Assembly: GCA_029937535.1 (NCBI GenBank)
Contig: JAPYPT010000002.1
Span: forward strand, 145 to 64,144
Length of the DNA stretch: 64,000 nt
Source: Alphaproteobacteria bacterium
Lineage (GTDB): Bacteria > Pseudomonadota > Alphaproteobacteria > GCA-2731375
Direction of reading: 5' to 3'
Both the position numbers and the translations under genes were made by a program. The notes under the pieces are model-generated. The model saw nothing but the letters and a program-made list of their open reading frames with translations. It ran no database searches and was not told the DNA's origin. Positions 36,958-47,095 of the stretch are shown here, piece after piece; the first letter of the stretch is position 1, and each line of letters starts with the position of its first letter.

Positions 36958-37041
36958 CCGCATTCAACTGAATGCGGATAAGTTGCTCGATCTTAAAGGT
37001 TTTAGCGCATGGCCTCGCGTTCAATTGAACGCGACATGCGC
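36958..37041. terminator. pair of palindromes between convergent genes (possible bidirectional terminators or operator)
   Basis: ccgcattcaACtgaatgcgg (36958-36977) and gcgcatg..cgcgttcaattgaacgcg..catgcgc (37005-37041, containing an 18-nt perfect palindrome). Both share a TTCAAnTGAA core. No clear U-tracts. Confidence 0.35.
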
Positions 37042-38147
37042 TAATCGGCGGCGGAACCGTCGTCTTTCGAGGCCCGCAGTTCCGCCAGCCAAAGGCTGTG
37101 GTGTTCCTTGGCCCAATTCTCGTCGACCTCGCCGGAGGTGACCGCATCGATGGCGCCTTCCATACCCAGGGTGCCGATATAGATATGGGCGATGATGATG
37201 ACGATGGCGACCAGGGCGACAATGGAATGCCACAGCAAGGCAAGCTGGGTTTCCTGCAGGGGCGTTAGTTCGCTCGGCAAATCAAATCCGAAAATGTTCA
37301 TGAAAATGAAGGTGCTTTCGAACAGCGCGAACTGAAAAGGGAAGAGCAGGCTAAAGCCCGTCGCTATCAGCGACAGGCCGGTTATCACCACGACCCAGAA
37401 AATAATTTTCTGGCCGGCGTTGAATTTCCTTGCCGGCGGATGCACACCCTTGGTGAACATGCCGCCGCCCTGAGCAAGCCAGCGGATATCATGGCCGCTG
37501 GGAATATTTTCGCGCAGCCAAAGAATGACCATCAGCACGACGCCGATGGTGAAGGCAAAGCCCAGGTAATTGTGCGAATACTTTCCCGCCAACGTTAACG
37601 CGGCAAATGACGAAGAGCCGATGACGGGTAAAAGCACGGTCTTGCCGTACAGCATATTAAGGCCTGTCAGGCCCAGCACGACAAAGGAGCCCGCCGTCAA
37701 CCAATGGGCAAAGCGTTCCAGGGTGTTAAAGCGCAAGACGGTGCGGCCGGAAAGGCCGGCATCGATGCGAATGCGGCCGCGGGCCAGGAAAAACATCGCC
37801 AGGAACAAAACGACGCCCAGCAAGGACCAGGCGCCGGTTTGAACCAAGGTGTTGTTTCTGAAGTTCCGGAAATCCTCGCCCTGGGACTGCACCAGGACGC
37901 CGGCATTGGGATCGGTGTTCGAGGCTCTGCCGGCGCCGCCATGGCGGATTTTTCGCCAGGTTTCCGAATCGCTGACATTGCCGAGGGCACGGCCCGGTAC
38001 GCTTCCCCCCGGCGCGGTCTGGGCGGCGTCGCCCGGCGGCCGGACCGAGGAGGGTTTTTGCTGTGCCTGTGCGAGGCTGCTGGCGAATAAAACAAATATC
38101 GCCAAAAGCAGCGTGATCGTTCTGGCCTGGCCGAACAGATAAAACAT
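37041..38147 (-). CDS. fdnI: formate dehydrogenase-N gamma subunit-like cytochrome b (FdnI/FdoI family) with N-terminal periplasmic extension
   Basis: FNAGQKIIFWVVVITGLSLIATG and WAKEHHSLW match FdnI. Four TM helices. About 110 extra N-terminal residues with a signal peptide. Start at 38147 (GGGGG upstream). Confidence 0.75.
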   Translation of the reverse strand: MFYLFGQARTITLLLAIFVLFASSLAQAQQKPSSVRPPGDAAQTAPGGSVPGRALGNVSDSETWRKIRHGGAGRASNTDPNAGVLVQSQGEDFRNFRNNTLVQTGAWSLLGVVLFLAMFFLARGRIRIDAGLSGRTVLRFNTLERFAHWLTAGSFVVLGLTGLNMLYGKTVLLPVIGSSSFAALTLAGKYSHNYLGFAFTIGVVLMVILWLRENIPSGHDIRWLAQGGGMFTKGVHPPARKFNAGQKIIFWVVVITGLSLIATGFSLLFPFQFALFESTFIFMNIFGFDLPSELTPLQETQLALLWHSIVALVAIVIIIAHIYIGTLGMEGAIDAVTSGEVDENWAKEHHSLWLAELRASKDDGSAAD

Positions 38148-38450
38148 TCCATTGCCCCCGGTGCGCCGATACAACGTAAATTCGCGCGGTGTCAATTCGC
38201 ACGGTGTCAATTCGAGTGGTGTCAGTCCGACGAGCCACTTACATGCGACTGTCAACATGACGGTATCATAACAACAGTCTGGCTATGCCAATTCACGGTT
38301 GGCTATGCCAATTCATGGCGTTTTTTGGCCGGTCGAGGCCGCTCGCTGATCGAAATATTGCCCGAGCGGCATTGCCCGAGCCGTATTGCCCGAAGTGCGG
38401 CAATACGGCGGGCCGTGAATGAACACGGCCCGCCCATATCGATCTATTGC

Positions 38451-39047
38451 CTACGAACCTGACTTCAGCTTGTAGGCCGTGCCCCAGCCCCATGCGCCGG
38501 AACCAAAGCCGCGGGAGACGATGCGCTCGCGGTAGATGTTCGAGACGATGTCGCCGTCGCCGGCAAGCAATGCCTTGGTCGCGCACATCTCGGCACAGAT
38601 TGGCAGTTTGCCTTCCGCCAACCGGTTGCGACCGTACTTTTGGAATTCGGCGGAGGACATATCCTCCTCCGGTCCACCAGCACAGAAGGTGCATTTGTCC
38701 ATCTTGCCCCGGCTGCCATAGTTGCCGGCCTGAGGATATTGCGGCGCGCCAAACGGGCAGGCGAAGAAGCAATAACCGCAGCCAATGCACAAATCCTTGG
38801 AATGCAGAACCACGCCTTCCTCGGTTTGATAGATGCAATCGACCGGACATACGGCGATGCACGGTGCATCGGAACAATGCATGCAAGCAACGGAGACCGA
38901 GCGTTCGCCCGGCTTGCCGTCGTTGATGGTCACCACGCGGCGTCGATTGACACCCCAGGGAACCTCATGCTCGTTCTTGCAGGCGGTGACACAGGCGTTG
39001 CATTCGATGCAGCGTTCGGAGTCGCAGAGAAATTTCATTCTAGCCAT
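38451..39047 (-). CDS. fdnH: formate dehydrogenase iron-sulfur (beta) subunit
   Basis: Four CxxCxxCxxxCP ferredoxin-like motifs (CIECNAC..., CMHCSDAPC, CIGCGYCFFACP, CTFCAGGP). Confidence 0.85.
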   Translation of the reverse strand: MARMKFLCDSERCIECNACVTACKNEHEVPWGVNRRRVVTINDGKPGERSVSVACMHCSDAPCIAVCPVDCIYQTEEGVVLHSKDLCIGCGYCFFACPFGAPQYPQAGNYGSRGKMDKCTFCAGGPEEDMSSAEFQKYGRNRLAEGKLPICAEMCATKALLAGDGDIVSNIYRERIVSRGFGSGAWGWGTAYKLKSGS

Positions 39048-39063
39048 TGTCTATTCCTCCCCC

Positions 39064-41931
39064 TTAAGCCGCTTCAATGCGACACAGGGTGACTTTCGAT
39101 TCCTGCATCTGCGTTACCGAGTCATAGCCATAGGTGCCGCACATGTTCATGGCTTCGCCAAGGACATATGGATCGGCTCCCGGTGGATACTTGCTGCGAA
39201 GATCCTTGCCTTGCCAATGGCCGCCGAAATGGAACGGCATGAAGGCAACGCCAGATGCCACCCGTTCGGTTACCATGACCTTGACCAAAACCTTGCCGCC
39301 TTCCGGACTGTGGATCCAGACATCGCCGCCTTCCTTGATGCCCAGGTCGTTGGCATCGCGGGGGTTGATTTCGGCGAACATCTCCTGCTGCAACTCGGCC
39401 AGCCACTTGTTGGCCCGCGATTCATCGCCGCCGCCCTCGTATTCAACCAAGCGCCCCGAGGTCAGAATGGTCGGGAAGTCCTTGGAGAAGTCCTGCTTCT
39501 GGATCGAGGCATACATGGTCGGCAGGCGATAGGCCTGCTTGTCCTTGTAGGTCTCGTACTTGGGCAGCAGGTCACGCCGCGGCGTATACAGCGGCTCCCG
39601 GTGCAAGGGCACCGGATCCGGGAAGGTCCAGACCACCGTGCGCGCCTTGGCGTTGCCGAACGGGGCACAGCCATGCTTGATCGCAACCCGCTGGATGCCG
39701 CCCGAGAGGTCGGTCTTCCAGTTGGTCTTGTCGCCCGCGACAGCCTCGATCGCCTTGCGCTCATCAGCGGTCAGATCACCATCCCACCCGAGTTTCTTGA
39801 GCATGGCCATGGAGAATTCCGGATAGCCATCCTTGATCTCGGAGCCGACCGAGTAAGAGCCCTCGGCAAGGAGGTTGTCGCCGTTCCGCTCAACGCCGAA
39901 ACGGGCCCTGAAGGTCAGACCGCCCTCGGCCACCGGCTTGGAGGGATCATAGAGGATCGGTGTACCGGGATGCTTCATATCCGCCGTGCCCCAGCAAGGC
40001 CAGGGCAGGCCGTAATATTCACCATCGCAAGGTCCGCCATTCGCCAGCAGAGAGGTCTTGTCGAAGGTCCACTGATTGGCCATCTGCTTGCGCATGCGTT
40101 CCGGCGACTGACCGGTGTAACCAATGGTCCACATACCGCCGTTGAACTCGCGGGTGATGTCCTCGATCAGCGGCTCGTTGTTGGTGACCTTGATCTGTTT
40201 GAACATCTCCTTCTCGAAGCCGAGCTTTTTAGCCAGGAGATACATGATCTCGTGGTCCGGCTTTGATTCAAACAGAGGCTCAAAGACCTTGTCCCGCCAC
40301 TGCAGGGACCGGTTCGATGCCGTAACCGAGCCATAGGTCTCAAACTGGGTCGCCGCCGGCAGGACATAAATACCGTCCTGGCGATCGGGGATCACGGAAG
40401 CGAAGGTGGGCACCGGATCGATCACGACCATCAGGTCGAGTTTTTCCATGGCCTTTTTCATTTCCGGCAGCCGGGTTTGCGAGTTCACCGCGTGACCCCA
40501 CAGCACCATCGCCCGCAGATTGTCGGGCTGGTCGATTTTGTCCTTGTCTTCCAGGACGCCGTCAATCCAGCGGGATACCGGGATACCTTTCGATTCCATC
40601 AGCTTCTTGGAAGCGAAACGGCCCTTCACATACTCATAATCGACGCCCCAGACACGGCACCAATGCTTCCACGAACCGGTCTTCAGGCCATAGTAGCCCG
40701 GCAGAGAATGCGAGAGGATGCAGAAATCCGTCGCGCCCTGCACATTGTCATGGCCGCGGAAGATATTCGCGCCGCCACCGGCGACACCAACATTGCCCAA
40801 GGCCAATTGCATGATGCAATAGGCCCGGGTGTTGTTATTGCCGTTGGTATGCTGGGTGCCGCCCATGCACCAGACAATGGTGCCCGGACGGTTGTTGGCC
40901 AGCGTGCGCGCGACGCGCCGGAGCTGCGAGCCCGGTACGCCGGTAACCCGTTCGCATTCCGCTGGATCCCATTTGGCCACTTCGGCCTTGATCTGCTCCA
41001 GGCCCCAGACCCGCTGGCGGATGTACTCCTTGTCCTCCCAGCCATTCTCGAACACATGCCACAGAATGCCCCAGATCAGCGCCACGTCGGTGCCGGGGCG
41101 CATGCGGACGTATTCATCGGCATGGGCCGCGGTCCGGGTAAAGCGCGGATCGCAAACGATCAGGGCGGCGTTGTTTTGCTCTTTCGCCTTGAGGATATGC
41201 TGCACGGCCACGGGATGGGCTTCCGCCGGATTGGAGCCGATCAGGAACATGGACCGGGAATTGTGCATATCGTTGAAGGAATTCGTCATGGCGCCATAGC
41301 CCCAGGTGTTGGCAACACCCGCGACCGTGGTTGAATGACAAATACGCGCCTGATGGTCGCCGTTGTTGGACCCCCAGAAGGCGTAAAATTTCCGGAACAG
41401 ATAGGATTGTTCGTTATTGAACTTGGCGGAGCCGAGCCAATAAACCGAATCCGGACCCGATGCCTTGCGGATTTCCAGCATCTTGTCGCCGATTTCGTTG
41501 ACCGCCTGATCCCAGGAGACCTTTTTCCACTTACCACCCTCAAGCTTCATGGGGTATTTCAGCCGGCGCTCGTTATGCGCATGCTCGCGTACCGCCGCGC
41601 CCTTGGCGCAATGGGCGCCGAGGTTGATGGGGCTTTCGAAGCCAGGCTCCTGACCGACCCAGACGCCGTTGTCGACTTCGGCAATGACCGTGCAGCCGAC
41701 CGCGCAATGGGTGCAAACGGATTTGACCTTTTTGATCGTACCGCTGGCCGCCTGCGCCTTGGCCTTTTTCACCGTGCCTAGAGGCGCGGCCGTTGCCAAT
41801 GCCACACCGCCAGCCGCCAATCCTGAATTCTTCAGAAACGCGCGGCGGTTCACCGTGGTGCCCACAACGGAGGCCAATGCCTGTTTCAAACGGGGGCCTT
41901 TCGCAACCCCGTTAGCTTTTTTGGTAAGCAT
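39064..41931 (-). CDS. fdnG: formate dehydrogenase catalytic (alpha) subunit, molybdo/tungstopterin, Tat-exported, Cys type
   Basis: RRAFLKNSG Tat signal; CTHCAVGC FeS motif; active-site region HQARICHSTTV carries Cys where selenocysteine enzymes have U. Continuous 955-aa ORF with no in-frame TGA. Confidence 0.9.
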   Translation of the reverse strand: MLTKKANGVAKGPRLKQALASVVGTTVNRRAFLKNSGLAAGGVALATAAPLGTVKKAKAQAASGTIKKVKSVCTHCAVGCTVIAEVDNGVWVGQEPGFESPINLGAHCAKGAAVREHAHNERRLKYPMKLEGGKWKKVSWDQAVNEIGDKMLEIRKASGPDSVYWLGSAKFNNEQSYLFRKFYAFWGSNNGDHQARICHSTTVAGVANTWGYGAMTNSFNDMHNSRSMFLIGSNPAEAHPVAVQHILKAKEQNNAALIVCDPRFTRTAAHADEYVRMRPGTDVALIWGILWHVFENGWEDKEYIRQRVWGLEQIKAEVAKWDPAECERVTGVPGSQLRRVARTLANNRPGTIVWCMGGTQHTNGNNNTRAYCIMQLALGNVGVAGGGANIFRGHDNVQGATDFCILSHSLPGYYGLKTGSWKHWCRVWGVDYEYVKGRFASKKLMESKGIPVSRWIDGVLEDKDKIDQPDNLRAMVLWGHAVNSQTRLPEMKKAMEKLDLMVVIDPVPTFASVIPDRQDGIYVLPAATQFETYGSVTASNRSLQWRDKVFEPLFESKPDHEIMYLLAKKLGFEKEMFKQIKVTNNEPLIEDITREFNGGMWTIGYTGQSPERMRKQMANQWTFDKTSLLANGGPCDGEYYGLPWPCWGTADMKHPGTPILYDPSKPVAEGGLTFRARFGVERNGDNLLAEGSYSVGSEIKDGYPEFSMAMLKKLGWDGDLTADERKAIEAVAGDKTNWKTDLSGGIQRVAIKHGCAPFGNAKARTVVWTFPDPVPLHREPLYTPRRDLLPKYETYKDKQAYRLPTMYASIQKQDFSKDFPTILTSGRLVEYEGGGDESRANKWLAELQQEMFAEINPRDANDLGIKEGGDVWIHSPEGGKVLVKVMVTERVASGVAFMPFHFGGHWQGKDLRSKYPPGADPYVLGEAMNMCGTYGYDSVTQMQESKVTLCRIEAA

Positions 41932-42026
41932 CTAATTCTCCCGAATTTAAATTTTGGCTAAGCCGGATATGCGCCTAACCCGTCTTCCATGTACTCAAGA
42001 AACTGAACTGAGCCGGTATTAAAGTT

Positions 42027-42236
42027 CTAAAACTTCGCCAGTTCGTAATACGTGCGCACGTGCTCGGTTTCCTGATAGCCGCGCCCGGTCGTATTAAGGT
42101 GGTGCGCTTGCGCTTCCGTCGGTTTCGCCATCACCGCGGCGGCACCGGCGGCGCCAATCGCCAACCCGGCCGATTTCAGGAAATCGCGGCGTTTCACCAC
42201 CCCCAAATCCTGTTGCACCTTGTCGTCTTTCATCAT
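42027..42236 (-). CDS. small twin-arginine-signal protein of the formate dehydrogenase region
   Basis: 69 aa: KRRDFLKSAGLAIGAAGAAAVMA Tat motif. Sits immediately upstream of fdnG. Confidence 0.6.
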   Translation of the reverse strand: MMKDDKVQQDLGVVKRRDFLKSAGLAIGAAGAAAVMAKPTEAQAHHLNTTGRGYQETEHVRTYYELAKF

Positions 42237-42320
42237 GCGCTCCTCACGCTCTTGATGACGGTCACGGGCCTATCGCCACCGTAACCGCTGCGGCATCATG
42301 CCGCCAACTTAACCGCGGCA

Positions 42321-42932
42321 TCATGCCGCCATCTGGAAGGCGTCGCCTTCGACTTCCAAAAACAAGCGGCCCAATTTCGCGACCGCGACGAAGAAGACGG
42401 CCGCGGGGGCCGCCTCCAAATCGACAAAAAAATCACCTGCCCATGTCGCCACATGGGCGTTGAAGAAATCCGTTTGCTGCGAGAGGTCGGCGGCGCCGAT
42501 GCCGAACCGGCCGAGGATCAAGCCATGCATCATTTCCATCAAGGCGGCGGCATGGTCCTCGGGCTCGTTATTCACATTACCGCGAGCTATTCCCAAGCGG
42601 TCCATGTCACGGCGCAATTCGGCAAGTGGCCGGTCATGCAAGCTGCCGGTCAAATAGTAGGATGCGTAGGGCAATATTTCGCCGCCCTGGCCCATGCCGT
42701 AAAACAGCTTCGTGAACTCATCGGAAAGCTCGTCCGGCCCTATTCTGGCGGCAGTCGCCAATTCCGACAGAGCCGTGCCAAGGGGCGTCTCGTCGCCTTC
42801 CAAATTTTGCAGATTTTCGAGGAATTCGCTATCCGGCGGGGCCGCCAACAGGCGCGCCAACAGAGCATACAGCGCTGCGCGCTGCGCTTCTAGTTCCGCC
42901 GAACCATCCCATTGATCGCCAATGGCGGACAT
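42321..42932 (-). CDS. TorD/DmsD-family redox-enzyme maturation chaperone
   Basis: EPEDH motif and size typical of TorD-like REMPs (203 aa). Confidence 0.7.
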   Translation of the reverse strand: MSAIGDQWDGSAELEAQRAALYALLARLLAAPPDSEFLENLQNLEGDETPLGTALSELATAARIGPDELSDEFTKLFYGMGQGGEILPYASYYLTGSLHDRPLAELRRDMDRLGIARGNVNNEPEDHAAALMEMMHGLILGRFGIGAADLSQQTDFFNAHVATWAGDFFVDLEAAPAAVFFVAVAKLGRLFLEVEGDAFQMAA

Positions 42933-43066
42933 GGGCCGGGCCTCCCCAAAACTGGCGCCAGCTAACCAATACGTGAACGCGTCGGCCGCCGCTCTTGTTT
43001 ATTCGTTTTCATACCAATGTTGACGAGAATTGTAGCGCTCATTTGCCTTATTGGGAACAGACAAAT

Positions 43067-43627
43067 TCAACTATTTTGGCCATCATCGCCGTCCCACTCG
43101 GCAACATCTTCCTCGTCTAATTGGTCTTCATCTTGGTTGCTGTGCGCGTCGTCGGCGTCGGCGCCCTGACCGTCGGCGGCGGCTTGCTCCTCGGCCTCGG
43201 CATCGATTTCTTCCTGACTCATCATTCCGCGGCCAACTTTGTAGTTGGTGTCGGCGGCGGTGATCAGCTTGTCGATCAGATTGAAATTTTCATCGTAGTC
43301 ATTCAGTCCGTCAAGATTGGCGAAAACCGGATCGCTGAGCCAGAGTTTCCGCAAGGCCGCGCGGGTCAGGGCCTCGGGAACGCCTTTCGCAAGAAACTGC
43401 GTATAGTCGGAATCCGCATCCAGTTCTTCGATGGGCGTCAGCGGCGGGAGTTCCGTTTCGTCCGCCGGCCCATCATCAGCTTCAACGATGGCCGGCAGGC
43501 TGTTATCCAGCGAAGCGAGGTTAAGGGATGAGGGTTCGGGAGCATCACCATCAACCGTATCGGCAACCCGGGCCTCGGTCTTGCGCCGCGACCAGCGTGC
43601 GATTGGGCCCTCATCATTGCCGCCCAT
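43067..43627 (-). CDS. DUF3306-like acidic protein
   Basis: N-terminal RWSRRK then Asp/Glu-rich; conserved LRKLWLSDPVFANLDGL block. Recalled as an FDH-neighbourhood family; family assignment from memory. Confidence 0.5.
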   Translation of the reverse strand: MGGNDEGPIARWSRRKTEARVADTVDGDAPEPSSLNLASLDNSLPAIVEADDGPADETELPPLTPIEELDADSDYTQFLAKGVPEALTRAALRKLWLSDPVFANLDGLNDYDENFNLIDKLITAADTNYKVGRGMMSQEEIDAEAEEQAAADGQGADADDAHSNQDEDQLDEEDVAEWDGDDGQNS

Positions 43628-43629
43628 GA

Positions 43630-44142
43630 TCAGGCCCGCCCCCGCTGTCCGCGCGGCCGTGAACCCAATTGCTTGTCCTTGTGGCGCTTGTTCCGGCGTT
43701 TTTCGAACGGTGCTTCCACGTGATACAGATCCACGAATTCCTGCAACCAGGCCATGACGTCCTCGGGCATGGGCACGCCTTCGACAATTTCGTCGCCGCT
43801 TTCGTGATAGCCCATGGCCTCGAACGGACAGGCGGTGACATGGAATGGCTCAACCTCGTTGTCTTCCGCCTCTTCACCTTGGCGCAACACAACATAGACC
43901 TGCGGCGGGTTTTGCGACAGGTTGGTCATATAACCCTCGGTCTCGCCCCGGAATAGTTCCAGATCGAACGTCGCGGCCAGAAAATGAACCCAATCCGCAC
44001 CCCTTTGCAGCTCCCGCCAACGCTCTCCCCGCCCTGCATTGGAGAGCACCGCGATTGGCCGCCAGACGTAATCCTGCCAGGGATTTTCAATGTCGCGCCG
44101 CTCTATGACGACGCCAAGGGAGATGTTCGCATCGGCACTCAT
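43630..44142 (-). CDS. DUF3305-like protein
   Basis: 170 aa, NPWQDYVWRPIAVL block. Family assignment from memory. Stop is adjacent to the DUF3306-like start. Confidence 0.5.
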   Translation of the reverse strand: MSADANISLGVVIERRDIENPWQDYVWRPIAVLSNAGRGERWRELQRGADWVHFLAATFDLELFRGETEGYMTNLSQNPPQVYVVLRQGEEAEDNEVEPFHVTACPFEAMGYHESGDEIVEGVPMPEDVMAWLQEFVDLYHVEAPFEKRRNKRHKDKQLGSRPRGQRGRA

Positions 44143-44272
44143 TCAAACAACCTCGTGAATAGCGGCAATATTCTCGTCTGTGATCTTGCTCCGATCGGCC
44201 CATTGATTGCAATATGGCCGGCCATGAAGACATAGCGCAGATTATCACACCGCGTGGGGGAACAAGATTACG

Positions 44273-46339
44273 ATGGCGAATGAAAAAAGCCAATCCGACT
44301 TTCGCGTGTTGATTTGCGATTGCGAGGGCACCAGCCCGAACGATCCAAATTCGATCGAAAAGGCGGCCGGCCTGAAACTGGAATTTTGCGGCACCCAGCT
44401 TTGCCGCCGGCAATTGCCGGAGGTGCAATCGCGGCTGGCGGGCAAGGGGCCCTTGCTGATCGGCTGTACCCAGGAAGCACCGTTGTTTTTGGAAACGGCG
44501 GATGACGACCAATTCGACGGCGACATCCGGTTCGTCAACATCCGGGAAAAAGCCGGATGGTCGCGTGACGGCGGCGCCGCCGGCGCTAAAATGGGCGCCT
44601 TGATCGCCGAGGCGATGCTGGATATTCCCGGCCCCCACGCGATCCCCGTATCGAGCGGCGGCGCCGTCATGGTGATCGGCAACGACGATGCGGCGTCCGA
44701 GGCGGCCCGCCGCCTCGGGCAACGCATGGATGTCACCCTGATTTTGGACCATCGCGCAGCCGTGACGCCGCCGCGTTTGGTGGACGTGCCGATATTTTCC
44801 GCAACCAGCATACGGGCGCGGGGCCATCTGGGCGCCTTTGAAGTGGAAATTGACGGTTTCGCCCCCATGACGCCGTCTTCCCGCCAAGAGATTTCGTTCG
44901 CGCCGGCGGCATCGGATACGACGCGGAGCAACTGCGATATTATCCTCGATCTGCGCGGCGGCACGCCGATGTTCAGCGCGCCAGAAAAACGCGACGGCTA
45001 TTTCAATCCAGATCCAAAGGATCCAGCCGGCGTCGCCGCCGTCCTGTTCGACATCCTCGATTTGGTGGGGGAGTTCGAAAAGCCACGCTACGTCGAATAC
45101 GACGATACCATCTGCGCTCATGCCCGCAACGGCATCACCGGGTGCACCCGGTGCATTGATATCTGTCCCGCGGGCGCGATCACCGCCGAAGGCGACAAGG
45201 TTATCATTGACCCGCAAATCTGTGCCGGCTGCGGCGCCTGCGCCGGCGTTTGCCCCACCGGCGCGGTCAGCTATGCCATGCCAAGGCGCGATGCCTTATT
45301 GCAGCGCATGCGGACCTTGCTTCAGGCTTATGAAGCGGGGGCTGGAAAACACCCCATCCTGTTATTCCACGACGGTGATTTTGGCGAAGACATGGTCGAC
45401 GCCATGGCCCGGCACTATGATGGCCTGCCGGCGAATGTATTGCCCATCGCCGTCAATGCGCTGGGTCAATGCGGCCTGGACACGCTGCTTGCCGCGCGGG
45501 TTTATGGCGCGGCCCGGTGCCTGATCCTTGCCCCGCCCCGCATGACGGAGGAACTCGCCGGGCTGAGTGAAACGATCGCATTGTCAAACCATATCGTGGC
45601 CGCGCTCGGGTTTGGCGATGGGCGCGCCGAAATGATGTCACAAGCCGATCCCGAAGCCGCCAACGCCCATCTGTGGGCCGCCGCCGACGGCAAGGCCGCC
45701 GCCGATGGCGATCATCTGCGGGCCGCGGCGTTCGAACCGACGGAAGAGAAACGAGGGGCGCTGAACCTGGCGTTGACCGCCCTGCATCGCGTGGCGCCGG
45801 AGCCGCTGAAGGAGATCCCGCTGCCGGACGGCGCGCCGTTTGGGACGGTGGATATCGATGTTGACGGCTGCACCTTATGTCTGGCCTGCACCAACGCCTG
45901 TCCCACGAACGCCTTGCGCGACACACCGGATTATCCGCGTCTGAATTTCGTTGAGACGGCCTGCGTGCAATGCGGATTGTGCGTCTCCACGTGCCCTGAA
46001 AAGGTCATCAAGTTGCGGCCCCGTTTGCTGCTCACCGGCGCGGCGCGGAACACCCGGGTGATCAAGGAGGAAGAGCCCTTCGACTGCATCCGCTGCGGCA
46101 CGCCGTTCGCCACCAAGTCAATGATTGAAACAGTATCGGAAAAGATGGCGGCCCATAGCATGTTTCCGAACGAGCAGGCTTTGCGGCGTCTCAAGATGTG
46201 CGCCGATTGCCGGATCGTGGATATGGCCGAAACCAATACCGACCCCATGACGGCTGGCGCCAGGCCGAAACCGCGGACCACCGAAGACTATCTCAGCGGC
46301 CTCATCACGGACGACCCGGACGATGATATGAATTCATGA
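44273..46339 (+). CDS. 4Fe-4S cluster-rich protein (polyferredoxin-like, 688 aa)
   Basis: CTRCIDICP, CAGCGACAGVCP, CTLCLACTNACP and CVQCGLCVSTCP motifs, plus a C-terminal CIRCG...CADC pair. Confidence 0.8.
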   Translation: MANEKSQSDFRVLICDCEGTSPNDPNSIEKAAGLKLEFCGTQLCRRQLPEVQSRLAGKGPLLIGCTQEAPLFLETADDDQFDGDIRFVNIREKAGWSRDGGAAGAKMGALIAEAMLDIPGPHAIPVSSGGAVMVIGNDDAASEAARRLGQRMDVTLILDHRAAVTPPRLVDVPIFSATSIRARGHLGAFEVEIDGFAPMTPSSRQEISFAPAASDTTRSNCDIILDLRGGTPMFSAPEKRDGYFNPDPKDPAGVAAVLFDILDLVGEFEKPRYVEYDDTICAHARNGITGCTRCIDICPAGAITAEGDKVIIDPQICAGCGACAGVCPTGAVSYAMPRRDALLQRMRTLLQAYEAGAGKHPILLFHDGDFGEDMVDAMARHYDGLPANVLPIAVNALGQCGLDTLLAARVYGAARCLILAPPRMTEELAGLSETIALSNHIVAALGFGDGRAEMMSQADPEAANAHLWAAADGKAAADGDHLRAAAFEPTEEKRGALNLALTALHRVAPEPLKEIPLPDGAPFGTVDIDVDGCTLCLACTNACPTNALRDTPDYPRLNFVETACVQCGLCVSTCPEKVIKLRPRLLLTGAARNTRVIKEEEPFDCIRCGTPFATKSMIETVSEKMAAHSMFPNEQALRRLKMCADCRIVDMAETNTDPMTAGARPKPRTTEDYLSGLITDDPDDDMNS

Positions 46340-46387
46340 GTTATGCCATTGGTATAAGAGGCGGTGTTGTTAAAACAGGTTTGAGGG

Positions 46388-47095
46388 ATGGATGAATTTT
46401 GGCTCGCCATGGTAACCGCGGGCTCCTTGATATGGCAGCTTGACGGGGACCTGTGGGAAATCATCGGGCTGTCCCTGCGGGTCAGCTTGACGGCGACCGG
46501 GATCGCGGCCTTTTTGGCGCTGCCCTTGGGCGCGCTCATCGCGCTCGGTCGTTTTCCGGGCCGGCGGGTCTTGATCGTGTTGTTCAATGCCCTGATGGGT
46601 CTGCCGCCCGTCGTGGTTGGCCTGGTCGTCTATTTGATGTTGTCGCGCTCCGGTCCTTTCGGAGTCTTCAATTTGTTGTTTACGCCGACAGCCATGGTGA
46701 TCGCCCAAGTCATTTTGGTTTTGCCCATCATCGTATCCTTGAGCCGTGAAATTCTGGAAACCTTGTGGCAGGAATACCATGAGGCCCTCCGCTCCCTCGG
46801 GGCCTCGCCGGGGCAGTCTCTTTTCGCGTTGCTCTGGGATGGACGCGCCATGTTGGTGACGGCGCTGCTGGCGGGCTTCGGCCGCGCCGTGGCCGAGGTG
46901 GGCGCGGTGATGATCGTCGGCGGCAATATCGATCACGTCACCAGGGTCATGACCACATCGATCACGCTGGAAGCCAGCAAGGGTAACCTTGCCCTGGCGT
47001 TGGGCCTCGGCATGGTGCTGCTGCTGTTGTCCTTGAGTATCAATATTGCCGTCTATGGTTTCCGCTACATCGGCGGCGAACGGCGTCTGGCATGA
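46388..47095 (+). CDS. tupB: ABC transporter permease (tungstate/molybdate TupB-like)
   Basis: 235-aa polytopic permease. Stop overlaps the next gene start. Confidence 0.65.
   Translation: MDEFWLAMVTAGSLIWQLDGDLWEIIGLSLRVSLTATGIAAFLALPLGALIALGRFPGRRVLIVLFNALMGLPPVVVGLVVYLMLSRSGPFGVFNLLFTPTAMVIAQVILVLPIIVSLSREILETLWQEYHEALRSLGASPGQSLFALLWDGRAMLVTALLAGFGRAVAEVGAVMIVGGNIDHVTRVMTTSITLEASKGNLALALGLGMVLLLLSLSINIAVYGFRYIGGERRLA

Noticed and set aside
38833-40266. 477-aa plus-strand ORF across fdnH/fdnG
   Set aside because: Spans two well-supported minus-strand genes; antisense artefact.
39064-41931. Possible selenocysteine (in-frame TGA) in the FDH alpha subunit
   Set aside because: The ORF is continuous with Cys at the active-site position (ARICHS); no in-frame TGA, so no SECIS search is warranted.
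44087-45217. 376-aa minus-strand ORF opposite the polyferredoxin gene
   Set aside because: Antisense artefact.
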